Origin: a virus | Strand: one strand, 5' to 3' | DNA length: 64,000 nt | IMG/VR virus record: IMGVR_UViG_3300042564_003728 | Part shown: positions 1 to 9,689 of the stretch, in pieces | Position numbering within the stretch: position 1 is the first letter of the stretch | Layout of the letters: each line of letters starts with the position of its first letter | The notes under the pieces: model-generated | What the model was told of the DNA's origin: nothing | The model's database searches: none | Seen by the model: only the letters and a program-made list of their open reading frames with translations | Program-made: the position numbers and the translations under genes

Positions 1-690
1 AGAAATATAAAGTAGATTAACGAAACCTTTACCAACTCTTCTACGAATGTACTTCTCAACGAAAGCTTTGGCGCCTGAAAGCTGGCCCACAACTTGCTTT
101 CCGACATAGTCGATATTATAGATTGAGTATCCGATTTCAAGATATTCTGGTTTCTCGTACACACCATCTGAAAGACGAAAGATCTTTTCTGCAGGATATT
201 GTACTTCAGCAGCCGTACCATATACAAGCTTAAAGAAGAGATCAACTGCGCGCTCTGTACCCTTAGCACGATATAAATCAAGGGAGTTTTTAACAAGAAG
301 CTTCTTATTCGTAGCAGTATCAAACTGAATGTTCTTCAGATACTTCTCTTTAAAGTGAACAATAAAGTCATCTGTTGTACTATCAATGTCGCGATAGTCT
401 GGCAACCGGCGGGCGTGATAAAGTGGATTGGCATCAATTGGTTGATATCGAGTGATACTCGACATATATGTTGAGTTGGCAAGTTGATTAGCAGTGACTT
501 CTATAATATCGTTATTCGAAGCGATATACTGAGTAACAGTATTGCCAGAATAGTTAACATATGTTCCAGAGTTTTCAAGCCACTCATAGTAGGCTTTCAC
601 GAACGCAATGAAGTTCTCTCCCTCTTCTTGGTAAAAAGAAGGAAATTGACTCTGAATTAACGGAGATATTCTTTTTTCTATATTCTTCAT
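1..690 (-). CDS. baseplate wedge protein gp7-like, N-terminal part (gene continues past left edge of window)
   Basis: ATG at 690 overlaps the gp6 stop (TAATG). The translation MKNIEKRISPLIQSQFPSFYQEEGENFIAFVKAYYEWLE... contains LYRAKGTERAVDLFFKLVYGTAAEVQYP, which resembles the T4 gp7 block FYSTKGIEASYKFLFKVLYNEEVEIE. It lies directly downstream of gp6, as in T4 (6 then 7). Confidence 0.45.
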   Translation of the reverse strand, partial: MKNIEKRISPLIQSQFPSFYQEEGENFIAFVKAYYEWLENSGTYVNYSGNTVTQYIASNNDIIEVTANQLANSTYMSSITRYQPIDANPLYHARRLPDYRDIDSTTDDFIVHFKEKYLKNIQFDTATNKKLLVKNSLDLYRAKGTERAVDLFFKLVYGTAAEVQYPAEKIFRLSDGVYEKPEYLEIGYSIYNIDYVGKQVVGQLSGAKAFVEKYIRRRVGKGFVNLLYIS

Positions 691-2570
691 TATTCTCTGA
701 TCTGTTCAATTGTGACGTCGACGTCATTTTCAAGAATATTAAGTATCACGTTCTGAGAAGAAGTGATGTCAAGAGTACGCGGCTTGGCATAGATTTTTAA
801 AGAAGTGCCAGTGTAATTAGTAATATTAAAGTTGTTGATTCTGACGATACCAGTATCATAGTCAACTGTACCAATATCAAGAATGGTTCTATGTTGTGTT
901 CCAGAAGTATTGATGATACGCATGATACCATCACCGTTATCTTCAAGACGACAGTTTGGCAAACCATTATAAGTGAATGTCGAAGAACTTACGACATGAA
1001 TATCACCGATTAAGTGTTCTGCACCTTTGCCTGGAACATCGTTCTTTAATGGATTTTTAAAGTCAATCGTTACATTCTGACCAGAAGAAATTACACCTGA
1101 AGTCGCCAATGATACAAGCGAACCAGATGTTGACGTAGGAGTAGAAGTCACTGTCGTGCTCAGCACCGGAGTGAGATACTTGACGAGTTCAATTTGAGTT
1201 TCGTTACTAATGATACTATTTTCTGCGGCATCGACATCACGAATAAATCTTGAGTAGCGCAGTGTACGACCAAAGTTATTTAGATTCGTAGAAGCGTGTG
1301 TCAGAATAGAATCTATAACGTTCGTACGAATATCTTCTGGATTTAAACCGGTAAGATTGATATTGTACTTGATATTTGTATTGACATATAAATATGTGTA
1401 ATCAGGAGAAACAAAGAGTGGCTCAATCGCCACAGAAGAACGTGATCTTAAGAATTTCTTATATTCTGCTTCTTTAATCTTTGGAAGACCGTCGACTTCA
1501 TCAAGATCGATCGACAAGAAAATTCTGCCATACTGGGGAGGATTTGCATCTTCTCCGCCATATGCAACCACTGCATTGATTTCAGGAAAGTTTGCTTTGA
1601 GTAGATTCTCATAGTCTTCAGAAGTCACAGCACGTTCTTGTGTAGTAAATGCACGAGGAGCATTGTACTTAATCGAGCTCAGATCTTCTGCAACAGCTCC
1701 GTCGGCCGAAGCAGTAATCGTTTCAATTACAATGTTTGCTTCATTATCGATGCGTGCAGTATTAATAAACTTAAATGCGCCATTCGGAAGTTCTCCGTTG
1801 CATGATCGATATTCAATGATACACGCAGAGTTGTTCTTTGGTTTTCTTCCAACAACTCCGTCACCAAAGACGACTTCGTATGTGTCACCAATTCCCGGTT
1901 GTAAGAAAAAGACCTTTGCGTTTTCATCATGACCAAAAAGAGACGTCGCTCTCTTGTAAGTTTGAATAGTCGTGCCGTTATCTTCAAAGACCGTAACTAA
2001 TACGCTTTCAAGATCAACTCTTTTATTACTAATCTTATACACAAGAGGATTAGCATAATTTATTGTATAGGTATCGCTGAGGTAGCTACCTTCGTATACT
2101 CGAATCGGCTCGCTCTCATATATAAGATTTGATCCTGAAGGAGTTCTCTTTGTAATAACATAATTTTCAGTAGTGCTAAAGTTATAAGTGAAATCATCAA
2201 CACGCGAAGTAAATGATGTTCCCTTTGGAATAACGATCGATCTCTTTGCCGTATCTGTCGAAGTAATTACCAGTTGAATGACAGCCGAAGATGATCGAAA
2301 CGATCTCGGAAGATAGTTTAATTCTTTGGCATGAGAAATAACGCTGTCACGTAACTTCGCCGAATCAAGAAACATCTCGTTGCTGACCATGTTGAGATAG
2401 AACGCGTTCTGATAAGTGTTATATGAAAGCACGTCGAGAAGAACCGAAAGGTTGCTTCCGTCGAAGTCGTAATCTTTAAATCGATCTTGTGATTTCAGAA
2501 ATGTCTTCAACGAGTCTTTATAGGAATCGAAGTCTAACTGTGTAAGGACTATACTGGAATTTGCTGCCAT
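690..2570 (-). CDS. 6: baseplate wedge subunit gp6
   Basis: 626 aa; the N-terminus DYDFDGSNLSVLLDVLSYNTYQNAFYLNMV matches the T4 gp6 signature (DYDFEGSRLNVLCDLLAYNT); ATGA overlap with gp25 upstream. Confidence 0.8.
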   Translation of the reverse strand: MAANSSIVLTQLDFDSYKDSLKTFLKSQDRFKDYDFDGSNLSVLLDVLSYNTYQNAFYLNMVSNEMFLDSAKLRDSVISHAKELNYLPRSFRSSSAVIQLVITSTDTAKRSIVIPKGTSFTSRVDDFTYNFSTTENYVITKRTPSGSNLIYESEPIRVYEGSYLSDTYTINYANPLVYKISNKRVDLESVLVTVFEDNGTTIQTYKRATSLFGHDENAKVFFLQPGIGDTYEVVFGDGVVGRKPKNNSACIIEYRSCNGELPNGAFKFINTARIDNEANIVIETITASADGAVAEDLSSIKYNAPRAFTTQERAVTSEDYENLLKANFPEINAVVAYGGEDANPPQYGRIFLSIDLDEVDGLPKIKEAEYKKFLRSRSSVAIEPLFVSPDYTYLYVNTNIKYNINLTGLNPEDIRTNVIDSILTHASTNLNNFGRTLRYSRFIRDVDAAENSIISNETQIELVKYLTPVLSTTVTSTPTSTSGSLVSLATSGVISSGQNVTIDFKNPLKNDVPGKGAEHLIGDIHVVSSSTFTYNGLPNCRLEDNGDGIMRIINTSGTQHRTILDIGTVDYDTGIVRINNFNITNYTGTSLKIYAKPRTLDITSSQNVILNILENDVDVTIEQIRE

Positions 2571-2998
2571 TATCTTACTCTATAAAGGGTGAGTTGAAGT
2601 GTCTGCGGATTAGCATTATTTATTATCTCATAATAGACTGATACTTCATAAGAATGCGCAAACTCATTTGATACTACTAAGACATCAATGATTCGAGCTC
2701 GCTGTTCGTATTTGGTAATCGAATCGAACACGGCATCTTTGATAAGATCTGAAGTCATCACAGAAATATCTTCGAATAAGAATCGACGAAGACCACCACC
2801 AAATTCTGGATTAAACAATCGTTCTTTGGTATTTGTCTGTAAGATATTTCTCATCGATCTTCTGACAGCCTGTTCGTCAGTGTGAAGAGCGAGTCTCTTG
2901 TTCTGAGGATGTATGTTAAAGTTATTATAAAAGTCGGTGAACACAGGATCACGCTGTGTTGTTTTCCTCGTTGTCAGTGCATCTATTCTGTCTGCCAT
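2570..2998 (-). CDS. 25: baseplate wedge subunit gp25 (GPW/gp25 lysozyme-like fold)
   Basis: 142 aa; RLFNPEFGGGLRRFLFEDISVMT matches T4 gp25 RPFDPEFGCDLSDQLFENMTP; TATAAATA late promoter 20 nt upstream on the minus strand (plus coordinates 3019-3026). Confidence 0.8.
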   Translation of the reverse strand: MADRIDALTTRKTTQRDPVFTDFYNNFNIHPQNKRLALHTDEQAVRRSMRNILQTNTKERLFNPEFGGGLRRFLFEDISVMTSDLIKDAVFDSITKYEQRARIIDVLVVSNEFAHSYEVSVYYEIINNANPQTLQLTLYRVR

Positions 2999-3018
2999 AT
3001 TACCCTACTACTTTATCT

Positions 3019-3026
3019 TATTTATA
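3019..3026 (-). promoter_or_regulatory. T4-type late promoter TATAAATA for gp25-gp6-gp7 operon
   Basis: Plus strand reads tatttata, which is TATAAATA on the minus strand, followed by a 20-nt leader with an AGGG RBS before the gp25 ATG at 2998. Confidence 0.5.
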
Positions 3027-3030
3027 ATGA

Positions 3031-3606
3031 TTATATGATGGTTTCTAGTATCTCATAGTTTTCGATGTCGACATTTGCAACATCGTCAGAGAGAAGCCCA
3101 ACCTGGCCAGTAAAGGCAAAGTTTTGATAATCTTCGTTGCTACCAATCGCATCTAATCCTGGACCAGCCGAACGAGTAAAATCATATCGTATCATTACAA
3201 ATGTAGATTTATTCGTTTCAATATAAGAAAGAAGCTTGTTGTTGCCATCATACACAAAATCAGTCAAAATCATATCACAATCTTCGTACGAAACAACTGT
3301 TCCGACCTCAAACGTATCGTTGACTTCGTGTCTGAAAGGATACCAATCATCAACAACAACATCATGATCTGTTGCAAACACATAAACTGCACATAACAAT
3401 AAATCATCAACACAATTTTGTTCGCATCGTACGAAAGTCGGCATATACCAATCGTCAATTTCAACCGTGGTGACTCCAGGTTCTGGCACAGTAAATCGTA
3501 TTGCGATTGGTGGGCTTAGATCCCCATAAGAAACTGTTGGAACTGTCGGTTCGCTAACATCTGAAAAGAAATATCCATTTTCTGATACTGAATATTGATC
3601 TAACAT
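3031..3606 (-). CDS. hypothetical protein, probably virion/baseplate-associated
   Basis: 191-aa ORF inside the late structural operon between gp25 and gp5; no recognisable motif. Confidence 0.3.
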   Translation of the reverse strand: MLDQYSVSENGYFFSDVSEPTVPTVSYGDLSPPIAIRFTVPEPGVTTVEIDDWYMPTFVRCEQNCVDDLLLCAVYVFATDHDVVVDDWYPFRHEVNDTFEVGTVVSYEDCDMILTDFVYDGNNKLLSYIETNKSTFVMIRYDFTRSAGPGLDAIGSNEDYQNFAFTGQVGLLSDDVANVDIENYEILETII

Positions 3607-3622
3607 GTTAGACTAATCCACT

Positions 3623-4954
3623 TCACACGGTTGCAGAAGCGGGCTGAGCCCATTTTGGCAGATTGTCTGGATTCGGTTCTAACCCGTACTTCGTTCTACG
3701 TATCTCGATGCAATTCGGAATGAATTTTAAGATCGCATCTGGAATACCAAATATCGGTTTTAAAATGATATTTAAAACCTGACAAATCGATACTTTGCCG
3801 CGACAGATGTCAATAATCAGTTTGATTGTGTCGAGGATTTTGCCTACGATTGGAAACTGCTGTAGAATCCAACCTGGAGCTTTGAGTATGATATCATGTA
3901 TCTTGGCAATCAAATCTGTCTGAAAGAACTTCTTAATCTTTTCCATGGCGTCTTCGAACGCATCTTCAATTCGATGCCACAATTCTTCTTTTGAATGAAT
4001 CGTTTCTTTCTTCTTACGTTCTTCGTTATCGAAACCAATTAAATTGCCTAAGGTTCCGAAGAGCGGGATCGGCAAGTTCAAGACAAAGTCTATGAGTTCT
4101 TGGAGTAACTTCTCTCCAAAGTCTTCGATAGCTTTACCTGATAAGACGTCTTCTTTTGCCTTCTTAATACGTTTCTTAAAATCTTCATACTTCAGTTTTA
4201 ATTGCGCTTTAATAGGCTTCGTAGGATCGATGAATACTCCAATCTTTTCAATGATTGGACCAATAATAGGAATCTTAGTCAGTAAGCCGATCAATGCATT
4301 GATGCAGGCGGCAATAAAATCGCTCAGCAGTTCTTTCATCCATGCCAAAGCTTTCTGCCAAAATTCTTCGGCTTCATGCTCAGGACTCTTAATACCCAGA
4401 GTTCCGTCGTATTTGCCATCACCAAAAAACTTTCGAACCGATTCGATGTCTTCGGCAATTGCAGCTTTGATCTTGACTTTACCTTCCTTCGTAAACAAAT
4501 CGTTGATTACTGGCTGATAACGAACAGGATTACCAGCTTCGTCGACGAGTGTTACAGCCGTAATGAATGGAATCGGGGTAGTAAGTGGATTTGGAATTCC
4601 AAGAATATCAACAATCTTGAGTAGTGCGTCGACGATCCTCTTCTGAAACCATACGTCGATCTCTTTTAAAAACTCGCGGACCTTATACTTCATCTCTTGT
4701 TCTTTTGACTTGATCTTCTTAAAGACGTCAGTCATCAGAATACCAGTAATATCATCGACTAGCTTTTCCATGTCTCGAATAGCTTCGATGAGTTCTTTGC
4801 CGCACTCGTCTTGAATAAACTTTGCTTGTAACTTCAGTTGGCTAATGATCTTTGCAATGCCTACGAAATAGTCTTCCATTTGACGGAAAGATATTTGCCC
4901 GTTAGGACCACATTCTAAATTAGGAACTTCAGGAACATAGACTATCGGTCTCAT
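3623..4954 (-). CDS. hypothetical protein (443 aa), baseplate-hub neighbourhood
   Basis: Long ORF that overlaps the gp5 stop (ATGA) and is co-oriented with structural genes; Lys/Ile/Glu-rich helical composition. Confidence 0.3.
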   Translation of the reverse strand: MRPIVYVPEVPNLECGPNGQISFRQMEDYFVGIAKIISQLKLQAKFIQDECGKELIEAIRDMEKLVDDITGILMTDVFKKIKSKEQEMKYKVREFLKEIDVWFQKRIVDALLKIVDILGIPNPLTTPIPFITAVTLVDEAGNPVRYQPVINDLFTKEGKVKIKAAIAEDIESVRKFFGDGKYDGTLGIKSPEHEAEEFWQKALAWMKELLSDFIAACINALIGLLTKIPIIGPIIEKIGVFIDPTKPIKAQLKLKYEDFKKRIKKAKEDVLSGKAIEDFGEKLLQELIDFVLNLPIPLFGTLGNLIGFDNEERKKKETIHSKEELWHRIEDAFEDAMEKIKKFFQTDLIAKIHDIILKAPGWILQQFPIVGKILDTIKLIIDICRGKVSICQVLNIILKPIFGIPDAILKFIPNCIEIRRTKYGLEPNPDNLPKWAQPASATV

Positions 4955-5760
4955 GCATTGATTCCAACAATTGCGGCTTGAATATCCACCGCGCCTGATT
5001 TTGATACCACCTGTACACTGCCATTATTAGCATAGATCCCTACATTGCCTTCGTTTGCAAAGATGTCGAGATCTGATTGAGCAGTGATAACAATCTTACC
5101 TTGGTTACATGTGATCTCAATATTCTTATCACCCTTCTCATCGCCGACATTAAAAATTGTCATGTTGCCTGAGGCTAATTGAATATGATCTTTTACTGAC
5201 TTTGTCACGATGGTTCCATCTGGCAAGATCTCGAGATAAGATCCTGACTTATGATAAACTTGTACGCGCTCTGATCCAGGAGTATCATCTAGCTCTACTA
5301 AGTGACCGCTGCGAGTAGTCATGGTATTATTATAAGGATATCTCGCCTTGTACTTCGATTCTGGTTCAACGTAGAAACCATCATCAGTCTTAATTCGATT
5401 TTGAGTTTTTTCTTCTGGTTCACCTTGACCACGAGCATATGAAGATACGCTGTGATTGCCTTCTGGCGCATAGTTTAACACACCAAGAATATATGCCGAC
5501 TGTTGATTTGGAAGCTTCATGCACATGACTCGAGATCCCTTTAAGAGACCAGTCGGACTTAATCCAATTCCAGAGACTCCGGCGCTCGTAGTTGGCATCA
5601 TAACATATGACGGTAATAAATCTTCAGAATTCACTTGATTAGAGTGACCTAAAAGTTCTCTTACTAAAACTCTGCCAGTTTGTGGTTTATCAGCTTCTAA
5701 ACCGAGATCTGTCGTCGGATCTTCTGCTACTATACCTTCAAAAAATCTTGGAACTTGCAT
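4951..5760 (-). CDS. 5: baseplate hub / central spike protein gp5-like (OB-fold plus beta-helix, no lysozyme domain)
   Basis: LPSYVMMPTTSAGVSGIGLSPTGLLKGSRVMC matches the T4 gp5 N-terminal OB-fold LPWAQVMLPSTAAGTSGIGTNHSLLEGAIVFG. The C-terminus VITAQSDLDIFANEGNVGIYANNGSVQVV is beta-helical-needle-like. At only 269 aa there is no room for a lysozyme domain. Confidence 0.65.
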   Translation of the reverse strand: MQVPRFFEGIVAEDPTTDLGLEADKPQTGRVLVRELLGHSNQVNSEDLLPSYVMMPTTSAGVSGIGLSPTGLLKGSRVMCMKLPNQQSAYILGVLNYAPEGNHSVSSYARGQGEPEEKTQNRIKTDDGFYVEPESKYKARYPYNNTMTTRSGHLVELDDTPGSERVQVYHKSGSYLEILPDGTIVTKSVKDHIQLASGNMTIFNVGDEKGDKNIEITCNQGKIVITAQSDLDIFANEGNVGIYANNGSVQVVSKSGAVDIQAAIVGINA

Positions 5761-5770
5761 TTATCATCCT

Positions 5771-7069
5771 CTAAACTGTGTGTGTTTTTGGCAATCCACC
5801 GATGCCATCTTTTACGAGCTCTAACCCCTGTGCATATTCTGCTTTTTCATTGAAAGTCAGCATATGACGGCATTTAGTTACAACATAATTACCTGTCGTG
5901 ACAGCGCTATCTTCATTCACAGGATTTTCTTCTCCTCTTGTAAGGCCAGCCGCTTCGGGTAATTGACAGTGAATCACATCTCCAACAGTAATGGCTGAAT
6001 CTCCATAAATAGTGATTTGCATAACCACTGTTAAAAAGTGACTCATGTAATAAGGCATATGATTAAACTTTTCGGCTCTCTCTGCATTTCCAACAGTCGG
6101 ATCAAAAGGAATCGCTCGAGGAGCTCCTTCATTTCCATCTTCAGTTTTCTCAACCTGAGCTTTAAGATTTGTAGATGCAGATCCTTCGTTTAGTGTTTCA
6201 AATTGTAAATTTTTTGGATCAGCTTGAAAAGAAATGATGTCTCCAGTGACACTATTTTGTAGTTGACACGTCGATCTTCCACCTCCAATTAATCTTAAAA
6301 TTCCTTCGTTGCCGCTTTGAATAATTTTAGTAGTTAAGATGTTTCTCCACTTTGCTCCGGTTACATTTAAGTTGGTTAAAGTAGATTGTGTAAAACACTT
6401 GTCGCCGATATTTTTTATGCCTTCTTTGATTAACGCTTCCATGCTTTTAAAAACAAATCCGTACTTGTTTTCAAAGAAGTAAAAACAATGGCCGTTAAAT
6501 TCTTGAGACATTGCATGTTCTAATCTAATTTGATCAATACACTCGAATGGAGTCTTTTCAGTAAAGTTAAATGCATGCAACCCACGAGTTTTTTCTGCAA
6601 AGAAAGGTTTATTTGATTTCGTTAAGTTAAGATATGCTTTTACCATATTCTCGCACTCGATGTTTTTCCTAACAAGCGGTGTGTTTTTTATGGTCGAAGC
6701 TTTCCATGCTTCATATGTAACACACTCCACTTTATAAATTAGTGCTTTATCATCGGGAGAATTAAAAGTAACTGGTTTATTAATAACATAAAGTTCGTAT
6801 CGAATAGACGATTTTGAATTATCTTCGTCTGTTGTAAAATCAATGATAATTTTCTTATCTGTAAAAACAAATTTATCTCCTGCGCCCTTCGCCTCATAGA
6901 ATTCGAATTGTGCACGAACAGCAGGTTCGAGTATAGATTCATATATGTTTGCTTGTACACAGACAGGAGTCAAATCAACAGCCTTGCCGCAATCGACAGT
7001 TTTTGCTGTATTATCAATCATTAAGAACTCGTTAAGTTTAAACTGCCCGTCTCTAATTTGAGAAATCAT
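5771..7069 (-). CDS. baseplate hub subunit, gp27-like (tentative)
   Basis: 432 aa immediately upstream of gp5, as in the T4 27-5 hub pairing. The C-terminal ITIYGDSAITVGDVIHCQLPE is loosely similar to T4 gp27 [22 protein letters not shown]. Weak call. Confidence 0.4.
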   Translation of the reverse strand: MISQIRDGQFKLNEFLMIDNTAKTVDCGKAVDLTPVCVQANIYESILEPAVRAQFEFYEAKGAGDKFVFTDKKIIIDFTTDEDNSKSSIRYELYVINKPVTFNSPDDKALIYKVECVTYEAWKASTIKNTPLVRKNIECENMVKAYLNLTKSNKPFFAEKTRGLHAFNFTEKTPFECIDQIRLEHAMSQEFNGHCFYFFENKYGFVFKSMEALIKEGIKNIGDKCFTQSTLTNLNVTGAKWRNILTTKIIQSGNEGILRLIGGGRSTCQLQNSVTGDIISFQADPKNLQFETLNEGSASTNLKAQVEKTEDGNEGAPRAIPFDPTVGNAERAEKFNHMPYYMSHFLTVVMQITIYGDSAITVGDVIHCQLPEAAGLTRGEENPVNEDSAVTTGNYVVTKCRHMLTFNEKAEYAQGLELVKDGIGGLPKTHTV

Positions 7070-7070
7070 A

Positions 7071-7913
7071 TTACGAACTCAATTGTTGTATAAATTGTTT
7101 TTCTGTTTCAGCGAGATAAGAAGACTTGAGAACAAATATATTTCGCTTCAATTCGTTTCTTTCTTTCTCATCATCATATGCATTTACGGCATACCAATAC
7201 TCTGTTTCTGCAGTAGAAATGTTTTGCTTTATCGGAGTAATTGTTTTTATTCCTTCTGCTTGATTGACTGCAAAAGTTCCGTTGACGTGCTTTACGGTTA
7301 AGCTATTATTTTCAAGATCAACATAGTCAACGGTCGCATAAGCACCAGTGCTCGTCTGAGACACTCGATCTCCGACTTGGAATTGTGTTGGAGAAGCAGT
7401 AAGAGTCAACGATAATATTTTGTTTGTGGATACTATCCAATCTTCTTTGATTCTTTCGTAGCCGATCACTGCACCAGTATTCGTAAGTTTTGGCTTCCAA
7501 TACTTTTGAGTATTTGTAGTTTCATCGGCAAGGAGAGAATCGTATTGTTGAAGAGTAATAATTCTTTCATCTTCATGCCAGTTTAATCGATAGAAGAGAG
7601 TAATCGCTCGAGCATTCGAATTTGATCCATACTTTGTTTCAATATAATTCTTAAAATCTTCTGCTGATTTATAGTAATCGTAATAAGGATCAACGATGTT
7701 GTTCGTAAGATAGATCATCCAGTCAAATTTCGAAGATCCGTAATAGTTATAAGACAAAATGTCTGGCCTCTCGAAGCCTTCTTCAAGAGTAAACTGAAAG
7801 GTAGAATAGATTTCTTTTTTTGTTTTATCAGTAAAGTCGACGCGTGCCAAGATATTCTTGGCAACGTTTCCTCCATAGTCTACAACTGGAAATCGATCGA
7901 AATATCTTGCCAT
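7071..7913 (-). CDS. hypothetical baseplate/structural protein
   Basis: 280-aa ORF in the late operon (7913/7916 stop-start junction); no diagnostic motif. Confidence 0.3.
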   Translation of the reverse strand: MARYFDRFPVVDYGGNVAKNILARVDFTDKTKKEIYSTFQFTLEEGFERPDILSYNYYGSSKFDWMIYLTNNIVDPYYDYYKSAEDFKNYIETKYGSNSNARAITLFYRLNWHEDERIITLQQYDSLLADETTNTQKYWKPKLTNTGAVIGYERIKEDWIVSTNKILSLTLTASPTQFQVGDRVSQTSTGAYATVDYVDLENNSLTVKHVNGTFAVNQAEGIKTITPIKQNISTAETEYWYAVNAYDDEKERNELKRNIFVLKSSYLAETEKQFIQQLSS

Positions 7914-7915
7914 TA

Positions 7916-9199
7916 TTAGGGTTTCTTTTCTTCTTTATTACTAAGCGCACCTTCTACGTAACCCGTAGTGTCAGCTATTGTTTTATCAATATTAAAATCA
8001 AGTCCTGCAGCATCAATGCCTTTTTGTATTTGCGTCTTGAAAGTTTCCCAAGTTTCGCTCAGACGATCTCCGCCTTCTCTGCCATAATCACGCGAAGTTT
8101 GAATCTGTGTTTCAATCATTGAAATTGAACATTCGATAAATGCCGGGTGGCTTGTGCCTTCAAAGAATGCAGGAATTCCTTGTGGAGAGTAATTGAGTTC
8201 AATCGATTGAATGAGACACGGGAAAAATTGAATTAATCCAGGTTCACCTTTCATAATTCTTAATTCTGGTTGACATAAGAAAGGATATGCGAGGGCCGCA
8301 GTTCCTAAGCTACTATATGATGGCAAAGCATATGCTTTCATTGCTTTCAACAGATTCATTAACTGTTGACTTTCTTCTGGATTACGAGGAGCAAAAGTCC
8401 ATTCGAATCTGTGAGTACGGAGTGGAACGCCGCTAAATAAAGCTTGTATGTGAGGATTTGGAACAGCGCCAATCGCTTGAGCGCCGAGAGCTCCTACATC
8501 TCCTGTTGATTGAACCATCGCGCTAAAAGCAAGCGCGGCGACTGAATTTGTTATGGCTTGTGTTCGTTCTTTACCGCCTGGTGCTGTTACAAAGTTTTGC
8601 ATCGCATCTGCAATTCCACCTTTCAGACCTGTGGCATTTGGAGCAACTTCAATATCAAAGCTTTCTCTTATTCCTTTCGGAAGAGGAAGAGCAAATGCTT
8701 GTACAAACTTAAGATCTCCTTTTGTATGAGGAGAAGGACGTTGGTATTGTTTAAACTTAAATGACATATAATAATTTTCACTGATGTGGTCAGGAAATTG
8801 CATCGTATCCAAACCATCAACAGTAATTTTATTCGAAGCTCTTTGAATAGCATCAACATATGTTTCGGCAAAAGCAGAAGCACCTATGATATTACCATTC
8901 TGTGGATTGAAATTGTTACGAATGTCGGCGCAAGATGCTCGTTTCATTTCGCTTGTAAATGTTTGGAAATACTTGTCTTCGAGGCCGGCAGTTAAAGAAT
9001 CTCCGAATCTTGCAGAAAGTTTCGCTGCAGTTGCATCAGAAAATCCTGCCTTCTTTAGTGCTTTGGCAAAAAGATCTTCGACTGCATTCTCGAGTTTATC
9101 TTCGAGCTTATTCGTAATCCTTTTAGCAAGGTTATTCAGAAGCCCTCCCGAGCCCTTTTTAAAGTCATCTAAGCTTATTAAAAATCCGTCTCTTGCCAT
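7916..9199 (-). CDS. virion structural protein (unassigned)
   Basis: The ORF track begins at a TTG at 9211. The first ATG (9199, MARDGFLISL) lies 32 nt downstream of a late promoter TATAAATA and is preceded by GAGAG. Confidence 0.35.
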   Translation of the reverse strand: MARDGFLISLDDFKKGSGGLLNNLAKRITNKLEDKLENAVEDLFAKALKKAGFSDATAAKLSARFGDSLTAGLEDKYFQTFTSEMKRASCADIRNNFNPQNGNIIGASAFAETYVDAIQRASNKITVDGLDTMQFPDHISENYYMSFKFKQYQRPSPHTKGDLKFVQAFALPLPKGIRESFDIEVAPNATGLKGGIADAMQNFVTAPGGKERTQAITNSVAALAFSAMVQSTGDVGALGAQAIGAVPNPHIQALFSGVPLRTHRFEWTFAPRNPEESQQLMNLLKAMKAYALPSYSSLGTAALAYPFLCQPELRIMKGEPGLIQFFPCLIQSIELNYSPQGIPAFFEGTSHPAFIECSISMIETQIQTSRDYGREGGDRLSETWETFKTQIQKGIDAAGLDFNIDKTIADTTGYVEGALSNKEEKKP

Positions 9200-9231
9200 A
9201 CTGTCTCTCAAATTTAAAAAGGCTATCAGCT

Positions 9232-9243
9232 TATTTATAAATA
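9232..9243. promoter_or_regulatory. palindromic bidirectional T4-type late promoter TATTTATAAATA
   Basis: The 12-mer is its own reverse complement and contains TATAAATA in both orientations. It sits between the divergent late genes 7916-9199 (minus) and 9249-9689 (plus). Confidence 0.5.
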
Positions 9244-9248
9244 GATTT

Positions 9249-9689
9249 ATGGCTTATCAAGGAAAGTTTCGACCAAAGGATATAAAGAAATATCTCGGGG
9301 ACTCGAACAATATCGTATATCGTAGTCGATGGGAACTTAAGTTCATGATGTACTTAGATTCTCATCCGAATGTCGTGCAGTGGGGGAGTGAAGAGTTAGT
9401 GATTCCTTATCGCTCTCCTCTCGACAATCGTGTACATCGATACTTTCCAGACTTCATTGTGAAGAAAAAATCACCAGAAGGAAAGATCGATACGATTGTC
9501 GTCGAAATAAAACCTCATGCGCAGACACGGCCTCCGGTGGTGATAAATAAGCCTAATAAGCGTTACATTAATGAAGTCATGACATGGGGTGTCAATGAAG
9601 CCAAATGGAGAGCTGCAGCAGTATACTGCAATGATCGCGGTTGGAAGTTCGACATACTTACAGAAAAAGAACTAGGAATTAAGTTTTAA
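9249..9689 (+). CDS. head completion protein gp4-like (tentative)
   Basis: 146 aa from the first ATG after the late promoter; the size and position next to baseplate genes fit T4 gp4. The upstream 121 codons of the ORF-track entry (8886-) overlap the divergent promoter and the antisense of the neighbouring gene. No SD sequence, so the start is uncertain. Confidence 0.4.
   Translation: MAYQGKFRPKDIKKYLGDSNNIVYRSRWELKFMMYLDSHPNVVQWGSEELVIPYRSPLDNRVHRYFPDFIVKKKSPEGKIDTIVVEIKPHAQTRPPVVINKPNKRYINEVMTWGVNEAKWRAAAVYCNDRGWKFDILTEKELGIKF

Noticed and set aside
4951-5760. Lysozyme (T4 e-like) domain in gp5
   Set aside because: The protein is only 269 aa and ends in beta-helix repeats. There is no DxxE...T lysozyme catalytic block, so this is treated as genuinely absent rather than missed.
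8886-9248. 5' extension of the gp4-like ORF (ORF track start 8886)
   Set aside because: It would overlap the divergent late promoter and run antisense through the start of the neighbouring structural gene. The first ATG after the TATAAATA (9249) gives a protein of gp4 size.
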